This document shows, piece by piece, positions 32,777 to 44,998 of a stretch of DNA of 64,000 nt. The notes beneath the pieces were generated by a model, which was not told the DNA's origin, ran no database searches, and saw only the letters and a list, made by a program, of their open reading frames with translations. A program made the translations under genes and the position numbers. Position 1 is the stretch's first letter. Each line of letters starts with the position of its first letter. Origin of the DNA: Botryllus schlosseri (lineage: Eukaryota); the NCBI GenBank assembly GCA_051294905.1, contig CM119371.1:12276001-12340000 (forward strand). Direction: 5' to 3'.

Positions 32777-34538
32777 TAGTGCGGGGCGGATCGACAAATT
32801 ATTTGGTCCGACTCCGATCCTGTTCCACAATCCTCTGGTCCGACTCCACTCCGACCGGATACTTGAAATGAGCGATATCCGATCCAAAAAAACTCCGATA
32901 ATATTCATGTACGACTAGCTATTAACAACAAATGCAGTAGCAGGCAATGGGTTCAGGTTATATTAAAAAAAAAGGAACATGGCATTGAAACTCACAGCTT
33001 TGTATGGAATATGAAAACTACACAAACACTACATAAACACTCCCAGGCTGGTATCAAATACAAAAAGACAAGGTAGGCTACATGGTAACAAAAACTCACA
33101 GGTTTGTATGGGATATGAAAACTACACTCACAGGCTGGTATCGAATTAAAAATGACAAGGTAGACTATATGCGGTCAACGACTTGCAACGAGATATTGTA
33201 TCAGAAACTTTTTCTATCATGTCAGTATCAGACAGAACTATAGGGCAGTGACTATGCACGGACATCGAGGGCTGTAACGTGTGCTGCAGGACAGTCGACA
33301 ACATGTGGCAAGCACATGTCAGTCTCTGATGTGTTGTCAGTGCAGATCTTATATTGCTTGCGTCATCTGTTACAAAATAACAGAAGTCTAGCAGAGAGCT
33401 AGATAGTCCAATCTCAGTGCAACATTCCTGGATTTTATTTAGCAGATTTACACCTGATTTCTGCTCCTCAAACTTTGTTGCAGATATTGCTACAGAGTGC
33501 AACTTTTCCTCGCGAATGTAATGGGCTGTCAGTGACATGTACGGTAATGTCTGCTATTGACATCAGCCCACATATCCGTGGTGAGCTCAATCATCCCATA
33601 TTCGCCAATAGTCGCTTTCACAATGATAGATATTTTTTCCTTCTCCAGTGCAGCACGGCTTAGAACTTCCCTTTTAACGGTATGTCTGGATGGGATTATT
33701 TCTTCTGCATTCATTCGACCATACACCGACCCTATATCCATAAATGTTTGAGCAAGTTCGACAAAACCATTACCCTCTAAAGATCGGAATGGTCTCAAAT
33801 CCTTTACAATGAATGATGTGGCTGCTTTGACCAATTGTACCTTGGCCTTAGTCGGAGCGGAGCAGATTGTTTTTGTCAGAAAGGATGACATTGAACGTTG
33901 GCCCGCTGATGGTATGACTTTCGATACACTGCATCTGGTTTTGATATGAGTGGCTTAATGTGTTGTGCCACTGTTCTTTCTCTCATGCTTGAATGTCAAA
34001 CCACCATGCCGACAGAGAACAAATCCTGAGTAGTCACCGCCCTCCTCACTTCACTGGTGCCAGGGCCAGTTGGTAAGGCAAAACTCTTCCACACCTCACT
34101 TTTATTTCCCTTCACATCAACCGCGTTTGGTTTCCCTTCTTCATACAAGGCTTTTGATATTTTCGATGATCTTATAATAATAGGATTACCAGCCATCTCA
34201 CTGCACGCTAAGGAGACCGCATCGACCACATACAGTTGAAACAAGGATGTTGGAGACTGTAATAAATGCTTAGTCATATAATAAATGCTGCGATTGAATG
34301 AGTTAGCATAAATTTGGGTCATGGCTCAGTGATTTTACAGATATGGCTTGGTTATTTTCTCACTGTGGTCGGAAGTTACTATAGTCATGCTGTGGCCGGA
34401 TCAAAAATATACTGATCCGGCTCCGATCCGGCTCCGGCCGTAGCAGAAAAAATACTGATCCGGCTCCGATCCGGCCCGACCAAAATTGAAAAAATCCGGC
34501 CGGATATCCGATCCGGCTCCGGTCCATGCCCCGCACTA
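32777..34538 (-). mobile_element. Internally deleted Hermes/hobo-like hAT element (second family)
   Basis: The TIRs are TAGTGCGGGGC / GCCCCGCACTA, with a perfect 8-bp TSD (GTAGGCTC) and CCGATCCGG-type subterminal repeats. Confidence 0.95.
33146..34196 (-). pseudogene. Hermes-like hAT transposase, N-terminal half, frameshifted
   Basis: Contains KSEVWKSF plus a BED remnant, KDLRPFRSLEGNGF, IPSRHTV, LTTDMW, SLTAHY, FVTDDASNI and CACHML (CxxH). Confidence 0.92.
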
Positions 34539-34601
34539 GTAGGCTCCTATATTCCCTGTGCTCAGTAAATGTTGGAGACGATTTAGTACAATGGTCTAAT
34601 A

Positions 34602-35616
34602 CAGGGGTCGCCAACTCAAAACGGGTCGCGGGCCACTTTTCAAATTTCGTAGAGGTGGCGGGCCGCATGAATTCGATATCGATGAAAAATAGGCAACAAC
34701 GTCCTAAAACTCTACGTCAGTATTACTGTGAGCTACCTAACATAGGCGATGGGCATATTGATCACAAACTACATAACATTTTAATAAAGGATTACAAATA
34801 CAACAAAAGATCATTATCATCAATTTTATTTTATTTGAACTGTGATCTGTGTACGATACCTGGAAACGATTTTCAGCGACTAAGGAATCGATATTGGGAC
34901 TAGCGAGATACGTGACTAGCCGAAAGTCCATCTTCACGTAAAGCTTGACATTGTGGCGAAACCCGAAGCCAGTGGTTCTCAAACTTTTTTAGACACGCCC
35001 CATTTATGATACTCAAAAATCGTCAGATCACAAAATGCAACCAGAATGCTAGCAATCCCAACGTCTAGTTTAATGGCATGGAAGGGTATGACTGTTGAGT
35101 GTTGATAAGAGAATTCTCTAAGATTAATTCCCTCTAAGATTAATTCCGGACTATACACAGAGCAATAACATTCCACCGAGGCAGAATCAGCTGATATGAA
35201 TGGGCATTCTGTCTTGACTTGCAATAGCCCAAACACTGTCAAGACCGAGACGCTTAGAAAACTGCTTAGGGCTGTGGTTCCTAAAACTGGGACGCGAATT
35301 TTTTTTTCAGTTGAGCGCATCTCCGCCTCCACTTCTCATTCTTTCGCGACTGCCCATTCATATCCGCTGATTCTCCCTCGATGGAGTGTTGTTGACATCA
35401 CCACAGCCGTTTTTGCTAGTGACGAATAGTGATATTGGGCACAAGAGAATAGCTTATTTTGAAACAACAACAGTAACATGCTGAAACTGTAGTCAATTTC
35501 AGTATTTCAAATTGGTTTTCTTAGATTTCTTCCGAAATCTCAAATCAGGTCGCGGGCCGCAGAATATGACTCGTCGGGCCGCATGCGGCCCGCGGCCCGC
35601 GTGTTGGTGACCCCTG
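34602..35616. mobile_element. Buster/Charlie-type hAT MITE (1015 bp)
   Basis: The TIRs are CAGGGGTCGCCAAC / GTTGGTGACCCCTG, with a perfect TSD (GTCTAATA). It carries an internal segment (~34845-35100) that also occurs at ~37100-37370. Confidence 0.93.
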
Positions 35617-38602
35617 GTCTAATATACCATCCAGCCACCTATATAAATTATCATAATTTTGATGCACCATTCATAGAAGAGGCAGAGGGCAGCTTTGGGA
35701 TATGCTTGCAACACTTTTATAAATGCAATTGTCAGGACATCCGGGCATGCATATTTTTGAAGTGACAGTTATTTGTATTTTCACCGGCCAGTTGGATCAT
35801 GAGGATGCTTCATGCAATTTTGAAAGTGGCCAACGGCGATCAACTGTTACATTTATGTGAACCATCTGCAAGATCAACTTTTTAAAACTAGTTTCTCGAG
35901 TAGGATAATTTTGATATGTCTTTGGAACTGATACCTCTACTTAGATCGACTGGAAATTAACAGCGTTACTTATTCATCTATACTTGAGTACAGGGATGGC
36001 TTGAACGTGAGGTTCACGACCACGTTCACGTTTTGTGTGTGAACCTCTGAAATTTTGAGGTTCACGTTCACAAACGAACTTTGGTAGGTTTTGCACTGTG
36101 AACCTTTTTCATATATTACAATTTTCACTTCAGTATAACATCTTTGGTTGAAATTTATTGCATTTCAAGTGCGGGCCACTCTCTGCGTGGCGCTGGCAGC
36201 ATAAAAATCAACACTAAACGAGCGTGTACCTTTACAATCTCAATAATTTTACCGGCATTGTTACAAGAGTTTGCTAGAAATATCCAGCTTTTTGTTTGTG
36301 AACATTTAGTGATTCTCTGCTGTCAGGTTGACCCGCAATCACACAACATTAAGAGCGAAATACGCTACAGGTAGGTCAGCGAACGATGCTTATTCAACCA
36401 ATCAATGAAATAGATATCGCGGTCTGATGTAACAAGTCTAGTGAACGTACGGAGTCCATCTCGATTTCCTATGTTTATTCTATCATAAAAACCAAATCCG
36501 TGCGTTCGGGGTGTTGGCTACTGCTGTATAGCCTGTTTAATGGGATAAAACCTGTTTACACTCTGCTCCACATCAACGTAGCAGTTTCAGACGCCGAATA
36601 CATTGCCCGGTCTGGCCTAGACCGTTAAGGCGCAAGCTTATATCTCCTTGCAAGTCCTCGTCGAAATTGTTGGCATCGCGACGGAAGATATTGAATTTAT
36701 GGGATTGCTAACGGGCTCTAGAATACATCAAATATTATTTGCTGCTATCTTTGCGCTCAAATGTCCTGCAGCTATAAAGTGCCTTAAAACCCCAGTGGAA
36801 GTCATAGATATAGGTCGTAGATGTCCGTGGCACTAACATAATAACAAGAAGGGAAGTTAGGTTGATAGATGAACTTTACCAAAATTGCAAAAGGACATAT
36901 ATTTAATGATTAAATCTGTAGCAAAGAATGCCTTTAAATTGTAAATTTCCTCTCTATTTGGACCAATGTCGAAAATTGAAGTTAGTTTGTGCGGGATATT
37001 TTTTTCGATTTGAACAAAATGATCATAATTTTATTAATTTATACCAAAATGTTCATTGATTCCTGCTGCAGACAATTTTTTTCAAGTCATAACCTTACTG
37101 TGCACGATACCCGGAAACGCTTTTGAGCGACTGAGGAATCGATATCGGGGCCAACGAGATAAGATACTAGCTGAAAGAACATCTCCACGTAAAGCTTAAT
37201 CTTATAGGGAAGCCCTGAGCCAGTGGTTCTCAAACTTTTCTTAGACACGCCCCCTTTATGAAACTAAAAATTTTGCGTCCCCTATCGTCATCTCACAAAA
37301 TGCAACAGAATGCTGACAATCCCACGTGATATTTTGATAGCATGGGAGGTTATGACTGTTGGTGAGAGAATTCGGTAAGATGAATTTCGCACTCTGAAAA
37401 GATTTATCATGACATACACTCTTAGAAATATTCGTAGATTTACCCAAATTATACCTGTAAATTTATACCGTCACTTAAATTAACGGTAAAAGCCCGTTGA
37501 ATTAGTATACGGGCAGGACAAGATGAATTTTACTTGTTTTTAGAGGGTAAAAAAAATACAGATTCAAATCGTACAAGCAATTTACGGGATAGCCAGTTTT
37601 TCACATTTACATTTGCATTCGTAACGGAAATATACTGGATGATCAGTATTTAGGATTTACATTTGCATTCGTAAAAGTGATTTACTGGATAATTAGATAT
37701 TATAATCAGTTTTTACATCGCAACATCGCTATTGCATTTACAAATCGACAATTTTATGCGCTTAAGGTTCTATTATTGTCATATCTGGTTTTCATCATCG
37801 CATCATGTATCAATTATCAAGCAATTTACGTCATCGATGGCGAATGGCCATGCTGGATACTAATCACTCAGTGAACAGCACTCTGCTGGTGTCTGAGCAT
37901 TTAGGAATATTACAGAGAACGTCGTTTATATCGCTTTATAATGGGTATCCTTTGAGACATCAAGGAAGCATGCCAAGCGTGTTTGGTATTTACGCAGTTT
38001 TACAGCAGGTATGAACTTTATGTAATGATCTGCTACGCCAGTTCTGTCCCCATCGCAGACATTTTAACGCATGCAAGATGTAACCATGTGCTGGCGTAGC
38101 CATGTTCTTTTGCCATTGCGATGAGCGTTCCACGTAGTTTACCTTTTTCTCGCGAAAGGCCTCATGAATTGTCTGATGCAGTGCTTTTCAACCTGTGTGA
38201 CGGTTCGCACTAGTGCGAATGAAAAAAATTGCAGTGCGAATGATGAAGGTGGTGCGAACGGTGCGAATGAAAATTCAGGGTGAGTGCGAATGACGAAAGT
38301 GGTGCGAATGGTGCGAATGAAAATCTCGGATGAGTGCGAATGAAAATCGTGAATAATTATTGTTAATTTTTCTGACCTGGAATAATTCAAATCAACCTAT
38401 TAGGAAATTCAAGGGCAGTGTAACTTTTGTTGTTGCGACGCAATTGTGAAAACTTGTTTAATTTACGACGCACCCCTTATCGTAGCTCTCACAAGCCGCA
38501 ATGAATTAATATTTTCGCACTATAATTATTACGTAACCAAAAGCCTGGTTCGGAAGCTTGTGTAGTGGCAGAAATACAGTATATCAGCCCGTCTGAGCCT
38601 GC

Positions 38603-40040
38603 GACAGGCTCGAAAAATGACGTCAAATCGACTTTCTGCTTTCTTTCGCTAAAAATCATCATACTTTCGTAATAACTGTTCGATTAATGCGAGGCACGAG
38701 GATAGTAGTAAATACCACCATTACAGACTCACATTTGCAAGTTACTGTAACGGAAATTTTTACCCCTTCAAAGGTTATTAAAGTATGGACCGCAAAAGGG
38801 TATAATTTTGGGTCGACGCGGTGGCAAAGCTATCCGTTAATATGTATGTATTATCTCCTAAATTTATTGAAAAAATCCTGCGATAGTTTTTACAAATCTA
38901 AGGTCACGGAGTTGAGTAGGCTACTCTAGCCAATAAGCGAGACACGCAAAAAATATGGTTTTATCCTGAGAATTCATGATAAGATTTGTCCGACTGGTTT
39001 TTCTGGAAAACATGGTCGAAGACCGTTGGGATGAACTAGTGCAGGGACTAGGGATGTGCAACGAGCGAGTTAGGGTCTATATGAGACTCATTTATTTCGA
39101 GGCCAACCCCTTTTGCGTCGGGTCAAATGAAGACGCAAAGTTTCGGCCAACAAACCGCTGATGAAATGCGGTGCCAAAACATAAGATTCGACAAAACCTT
39201 GACCAAAAAATGAACGATGCTGTATGGCCAAACCATTCGATATGGATATGCTCCGTTGTCGGCACGGAATAGTCCTGTTCTTGCAATTTGAGTATAACAG
39301 TAGTACAACTGCGACACGCGTCGGTATTTAATGCACCCTAATTTGAAATCGCGTGCGTCAGACATATTTTGTAGAGCTGTGTTGGATAGAATTGTGGTGT
39401 GCGCGCTCTGTATGTCATAAATGTGCGTAAAATCGTAGCATACTACTGTAATATTCAAAACGAATTCCTTTTCATGGGTGTGGCTCGGGTCGCGAGATGC
39501 CACAAAAAGTCAGATTTTTGTAGTAGTCTAAAAAGCTGCGTTAACGTTATTAAACTGTTATGAATTCTCAAGTTAGATTGATCTAAAGAGCAGAACACAC
39601 AGTATCGTCAGTTTATTTGCTATTCCCACATACTCGCGAGACATAATACGTTAAATCGAAAAAAGTCTCATAGGGTAGCGAGCTCCAATGTGCCTATACT
39701 CTTCTTGATCGTTTGGACCTTATTTTCCAAGACATAAGGCAAAAGCCTCAACACAAACAGGTGGGGTTTTCAGCCTTTCGACATACTCTATGGAGCCTCC
39801 TAGACCTTTTCGTCAGCTCTCAAAATCGATTCCTTCCAGCCAGCATTTTTCACTCGTGAAAAACACGTTGTATTTTGGATAGGAGTGCAGAACAAATTTT
39901 AAGTTGTGGCCATCCAAGCACTAGTAGACGTTCTTGTACCAAAACCCAACAACTTGTTAGGCAGAAAAGGGTTTTAGTGAAATAGTTGAAATCAAAACGA
40001 GCGAAAATAGTAGCCTTTTTAATGAGACACTAAACTTGTT
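38603..40040 (+). repeat. Unclassified ~1.4-kb interspersed repeat, copy 1
   Basis: It is collinear with, and visibly diverged from, the reverse complement of 62705..64000. Confidence 0.85.
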
Positions 40041-41902
40041 TCTTTGTTTGCGGTATTCATGGTGTTTGTCGACTACTATGGTCATTTCCACTAGGCCGGA
40101 CTTATAGCACGGCCCACTTCTAGGCTTTTTGTAAGACACCGCTTACGCGGATGAGGTGACGAGCAGGAGCCTAGATAAACCTCCAACAACTAAGGGTGGA
40201 GCCCAATTTCTCTGCTGAGTAGCGATTCTCTACTCAGCAACGATTTCGTTACTCAACTCACGCCAAAAAGTATACTCACACTCAAATGCGTCCAGATCGG
40301 CATCCAAATCTAAGTCAGCGCACCACCAGACTTAAGTGTCAATTTTCACGGTCGAGCAGCCAACTGCAGGCAACACCCGCCAAATACCGTAGTACCGGTA
40401 CTGTCGTATATAGCTGATATAGGTACACTATTTCGTGATGTGAGGTTCTGCTGAGTGAATGAAATCAGTGGCGCTTGGACGGATGTTGTGTTTATAATTG
40501 TATTTGTAATTATCTTGTACCCTTTCGACTTCTTGTCGTACGGCATCCCGGTATACCGGAACGGTAACTTCTGCAGTCTCAATGCGCTAGCATCCCCCCG
40601 CCGTCGCCGTTCTTACGGCGACAAAAAAAGACCAGACAAAGAGAAAGCACTCACAAGGAATGGAAAGAACTAGAAAGGGACGTGGCTTCAAAAAGATCAA
40701 CATCGAAAAGAACTGTGACATCGGGCACTCTAGGCCGAGATGAATGTCAGTATAAAAAAAAAGATCGCAACTGCGTGTCGTTCGATATCCTCCTATCTGT
40801 TCATTACATCGCATTGTGTCTTATCGCATTCTACATTGTGTGTGACTTGTTCAGATGAATAATATAGCCCAACGATTGTTATTGCTCACATATCAACCAC
40901 GCATGCTCTTTCCACAATTTAATAGATGAAACATCTTGAAAAGACCCCCAGCATGAACCTCAGCAGATAGAGTTCCAGGTACTATCAGGGTTAGGATGAA
41001 GTCGCTATACCTTCAAGCCAGTTTAGACGATAGCAGCAATAAGATATTGGATATAAGAGATACTGGATATTTAAGGGAGAAAATGTCGGGTGGGTCTAGC
41101 TATATCGGGAAGTTGAATGGTAGAGGGGCAAAGTGAATGGTTCAAAGAGGAGCTTCAATTGGAAAGAAATCCTGGAAATATGTTAATTTTTCAATTTATT
41201 TTCACGATATAGATGCATTCTTTTGTTATTTCAGGCCTGCACTTACGTGTTCGCCTGCTGTGAAACTTCTCTTTATATATTTCGAATGGGGTTGTAGCGT
41301 CTTGCAAATACACTTCTGTGGGGCATAGGAACGTTCCGGGTATCTTCAAGGATTTATATATTTCTATTGGGTCATCTTCAAAGAGTGTGGATCAGCTGAG
41401 GCTATTCATTGCATTTAGATAAATCAGTGAGAACTGCCTCTAGTTTTTACGTCAGTGACGAAATAGTGACGACAGCGTCGTGTTGTCATGACAAAATCGT
41501 TCACGCGTTCCGGTCGAAGGCGAAAAAAATCTGGCAACCCTATCTTGGAAAACGACGTCTGGAAATCGATACTTAACTGAGCAGAGAGAATTGGCGCGCA
41601 CTCAACGCTGAGTACCAATCGATTTTTAGTTGAGTGGAGATTCGCATTTAAGCAGTACTTGGTTGAGGAGAAGAATTGGGTTTGAGTGAAATAGTTGAAA
41701 TCAAAACGAGCGAAAATAGTAGCCTTTTTAATGAGACACTAAACTTGTTTCTTTGTTTGCGGTATTCATGGTGTTTGTCGACTACTATGGTCATTTACAC
41801 TAGGCCGGACTTATAGCACGGCCCACTTCTAGGCTTTTTGTAAGACACCGCTTACGCGGATGAGGTGACGAGCAGGAGCCTAGATAAACCTCCAACAACT
41901 AA
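39976..41902 (+). repeat. Near-identical ~218-bp direct repeats (39976-40193 and 41685-41902) flanking a Harbinger-like insert
   Basis: One mismatch was seen (TTTCCAC vs TTTACAC). The insert starts GGGTGGAGCCCAAT directly after TAA. Confidence 0.9.
40194..41684. mobile_element. Non-autonomous Harbinger-like element, right end clipped
   Basis: It begins TAA|GGGTGGAG, like the 25438 Harbinger. The right end GAGAAGAATTGGG mirrors CCCAATTTCTC but lacks the terminal CTCCACCC. Confidence 0.55.
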
Positions 41903-41975
41903 GTATAGGAATTCTGAAGTCGATCTCGGTCGGACTCGAACCCGCAACACTTGATAGCTTAAGATACATAGTAGC
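41745..41975 (-). repeat. tRNA-derived SINE
   Basis: The B box is GGTTCGAGTCC (rc at 41932-41942). The body shares GT.GGAG.TTT.TCT.GGCTCCT and GTG.GCCGTGCTATAAGT with the SINE at 52405. Confidence 0.7.
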
Positions 41976-42570
41976 CAATTTGTTGTATACATGAACAAAT
42001 AAATCTTGTATTTTCATCTTCCTTTTGCATAAAAATTTTCGGTTAGTTTGTGCGAATGAAATTTATTTTACAAAAAAAGTGCGAATGAAGCGCAAAAAGG
42101 TTGAAAAGCACTGGTCTGATGAATTCCGAGTTGCTCGAGCGAACATTTGATTGTGACATCATAGGAGTTCTAGTCAGACCTCAGACTGAGAGTGAGCACG
42201 TGCGGTTGAATTACTGAATTACTGAATGTCGCGAGATAGATATTATGGCGCGCGATTATTTCGTATTGGATATTAGCAGGATGCGTCTGTGCAAGGTCTT
42301 GAGATTTTCGAATCGAAGCCAGGGCTTAGGCTTAGCTTTAACTTTAGAATATTGCAAGTGTTGATAGCAGAATTTTCACAGGATGAGTTGCTGCGAGACC
42401 AATGGGAATAGCAGTCTCGGAAAATGACAAGGTATTGCTTGTTGCTTCCTAGAATCGGTCAATCGATGCGAGGCTGGAATCCCTTGTCATTTTCCGAGGC
42501 TGCGATCCCCGTAGATTACTGTAAGGTGCAGACTGTTCATGTTGAGTCTTGTTTATTATATTCTTTTCAG

Positions 42571-44964
42571 AAGTATGGGGCGTAAATTTCATAATGACGT
42601 GACATTCTTGAAGCATTTGAAGTCCCATCTACGAACGGGACACAGAATATTATGCCCATTTAGAGAGTGTACAAACAGTTACAACATTGTTTCCTCATTT
42701 TCGTCGCATAAAGAAATCATAAAGCAACAATGTTTTCATCCCCTCCACCGCGTGTATTAGATATAGATGTTGAACAAGGACGAAATAGTGATTTCATGAT
42801 TCAGCAAAACCATGTACCACATGTTCAGCTCCTGGAAAGTGATCCCAAAGGTACCGATGCAGATGTCAACCAACAAATTCAGATGTTTTGTATGAAATTG
42901 GAATATCAACATATGATACCAGCTTCACTCATTACTGAAATTATGTCTGGGTGCAAGGAATTGGTTTCAAGTCATTTGAAAGTGTTCTCTCAGCAGGTCA
43001 CAAACCTGATGAATATAAATGACAATGGCAATACGTCCTTGACGAACAAGATTAGTGATGTGAACTTTCATAATCAGTGCATTTCAGACAATTTCAGTCA
43101 AACTTCCACTCATTATCGCACTAAATTCGCGAAAGCATTTTTACCGTATGTGAGTCCTGTAGAGTTGAAATCAGCCCCGGCTGGTATGCTTTGTGAAGAG
43201 GTTGGAACGTATTGTTATATACCTTTGCTTGATAGTCTCAAACAAATCATTATGAATCATATTGTGCGTGACAATGTATTTAAGAGGCGAACTCCATCTC
43301 CAGAAGGCGTCTATTGTGATATAGAACATGGAATGGTTTACAAGCAAAACGCGTTTTTTGATCAATCTAATTCTATCCAAATCATCCTGTATCAAGATGC
43401 ATTTGAGATCGTAAATCCACTCGGTTCGGCACGAAAAAAGCATAAATTGCTTGCTGTGTATTACTCAATTGGCAATATGCCAATACACCAAAGATCAAAG
43501 ATAGACTCTATACAGTTGATCTTGCTTTGCAAAGAAAGTTATGCATCCAATCAATTTGTGGATTATATTTTTGAGCCACTAATCAGGGATTTGAAACATT
43601 TAGAGAGTGTTGGTATTGAAATTGCAACTGGAGTACATGTTCGAGGTAGCATTCTCTGTATTCTAGGCGATAATCTTGGAAGTAATTGGCTCGGGGGGTT
43701 TGTGACTAACTTCAGCACAGCAACTTACATATGTCGATTTTGTAGAGCGCCGCGAGACAAGTTCTTGGCCGTTGGCTCTGAGAGATGTTTACTACGCAAT
43801 CCTTCAAGCTATGAAACTTGTGCTCAACAATGTTCATCTTCAAATCGCATTACAAATGCTTTTGGTATCAAGAAGTCATCAATTTTCAACTGTTTGCAAT
43901 ATTTCCATGTGTGTAATCCAGGACTTTCACCATGTCTGGCTCATGATCTATTCGAGGGCATTGCTTCATCTGATATGGTGATATTTGTCAACTATTTTAT
44001 TTCACGTGGTTGGATTGATATGCAGTACCTGAACCGTCAAATCTCGAGCTTTCCTTATTCAAAAGAAGATATGCTCTCGAAACCTACTATATTGAAACAT
44101 GGCGACAGTAAACTGACTGGAAATGCCAGTCAAAATTGGTGCTTTGTCCGCTTATTTCCACTTTTAGTTATAAACAGAGTTGTTGATAGTGATGATGATG
44201 TCTGGAAAATTATGTTGCTTTTTCGCTCAATTATCAGTAGGATTTGTTCAAGGTGTATTCATCAAGATGATATTGCTGTGCTATCAAGGTTGATTGATGA
44301 ATATTTTGAAATGTATCAGAATCTTTTTCCTGATGCTACTGTATTACCGAAACATCATATATTAACTCATTATCCCTATCTCATTACACAATTCGGGCCA
44401 TTGATCAATCTTTGGACTTTGAGATTTGAGAGCAAGCATTCTTTTTTCAAGCAATTGATCCGACAAAAGAAAAACTTCAAAAATGTCGCCTTGACGCTAT
44501 CAATCGGCCATCAAATGCGGCAGGCTTATCTGTCAAAATCTGGATTGATTTCGTGCGACTTAGAATATGACTCGGACAAGAATGTTGATGTACCAACGGA
44601 AGTGCAGGCCATATTCAAAGATTTCGAAGTAACATGCTTTCTGAATAAAGCGGAGTTCAAGGGTACTGAATATCGGACTGGTCAATATATAACGTTGGCT
44701 TGTGATGTGGATCTTGAGCTAGGCCTTATTGTAGCACTAGCAATTGTTGAGAACAGTAAGACATTGGGGCCTGTTGTAGTTCTTGAAAAGTTTATTGGAG
44801 AATACAATTTTGATCTAGGTGTTTTCACTTTGCAACCAAAGTTAACTCCATTGTCATATTTACATGTTGCCAATTGCATTGATTATAATCCGCTTTCCTC
44901 GTATGTTCTTGATGGTCAGAATTATCTTGTTTCCAAGTACACTATGCCGCACGCGATACACTAA
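42571..44964 (+). CDS. EnSpm/CACTA-type transposase (744-aa open frame plus an upstream C2H2 segment shifted at ~42710)
   Basis: Contains YQDAFEIVNPLGSARKKHKL, FEPLIRDLKHLE, ILGDNLG, CRFC, HDLFEG, PKHHILTHYP and WTLRFESKH. An acceptor at 42570 is followed by HLKSH...CPFREC...SSH. Confidence 0.88.
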
Positions 44965-44998
44965 TCCAATATATAATTAATTTTTTAGTAAGACTATA

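Larger units (their letters stand above)
38179..42113. mobile_element. hAT MITE with GTGCGAATGA repeats, expanded to 3.9 kb by nested insertions
   Basis: The TIRs are CAGTGCTTTTCAACCT / AGGTTGAAAAGCACTG, with a perfect 8-bp TSD (GTCTGATG). Confidence 0.93.

Noticed and set aside
37805-38014. Upstream zinc-finger exon of the EnSpm transposase
   Set aside because: It has a plausible donor (CAG|GTATGA) and position, but the frame and phase could not be reconciled with the acceptor at 42570.
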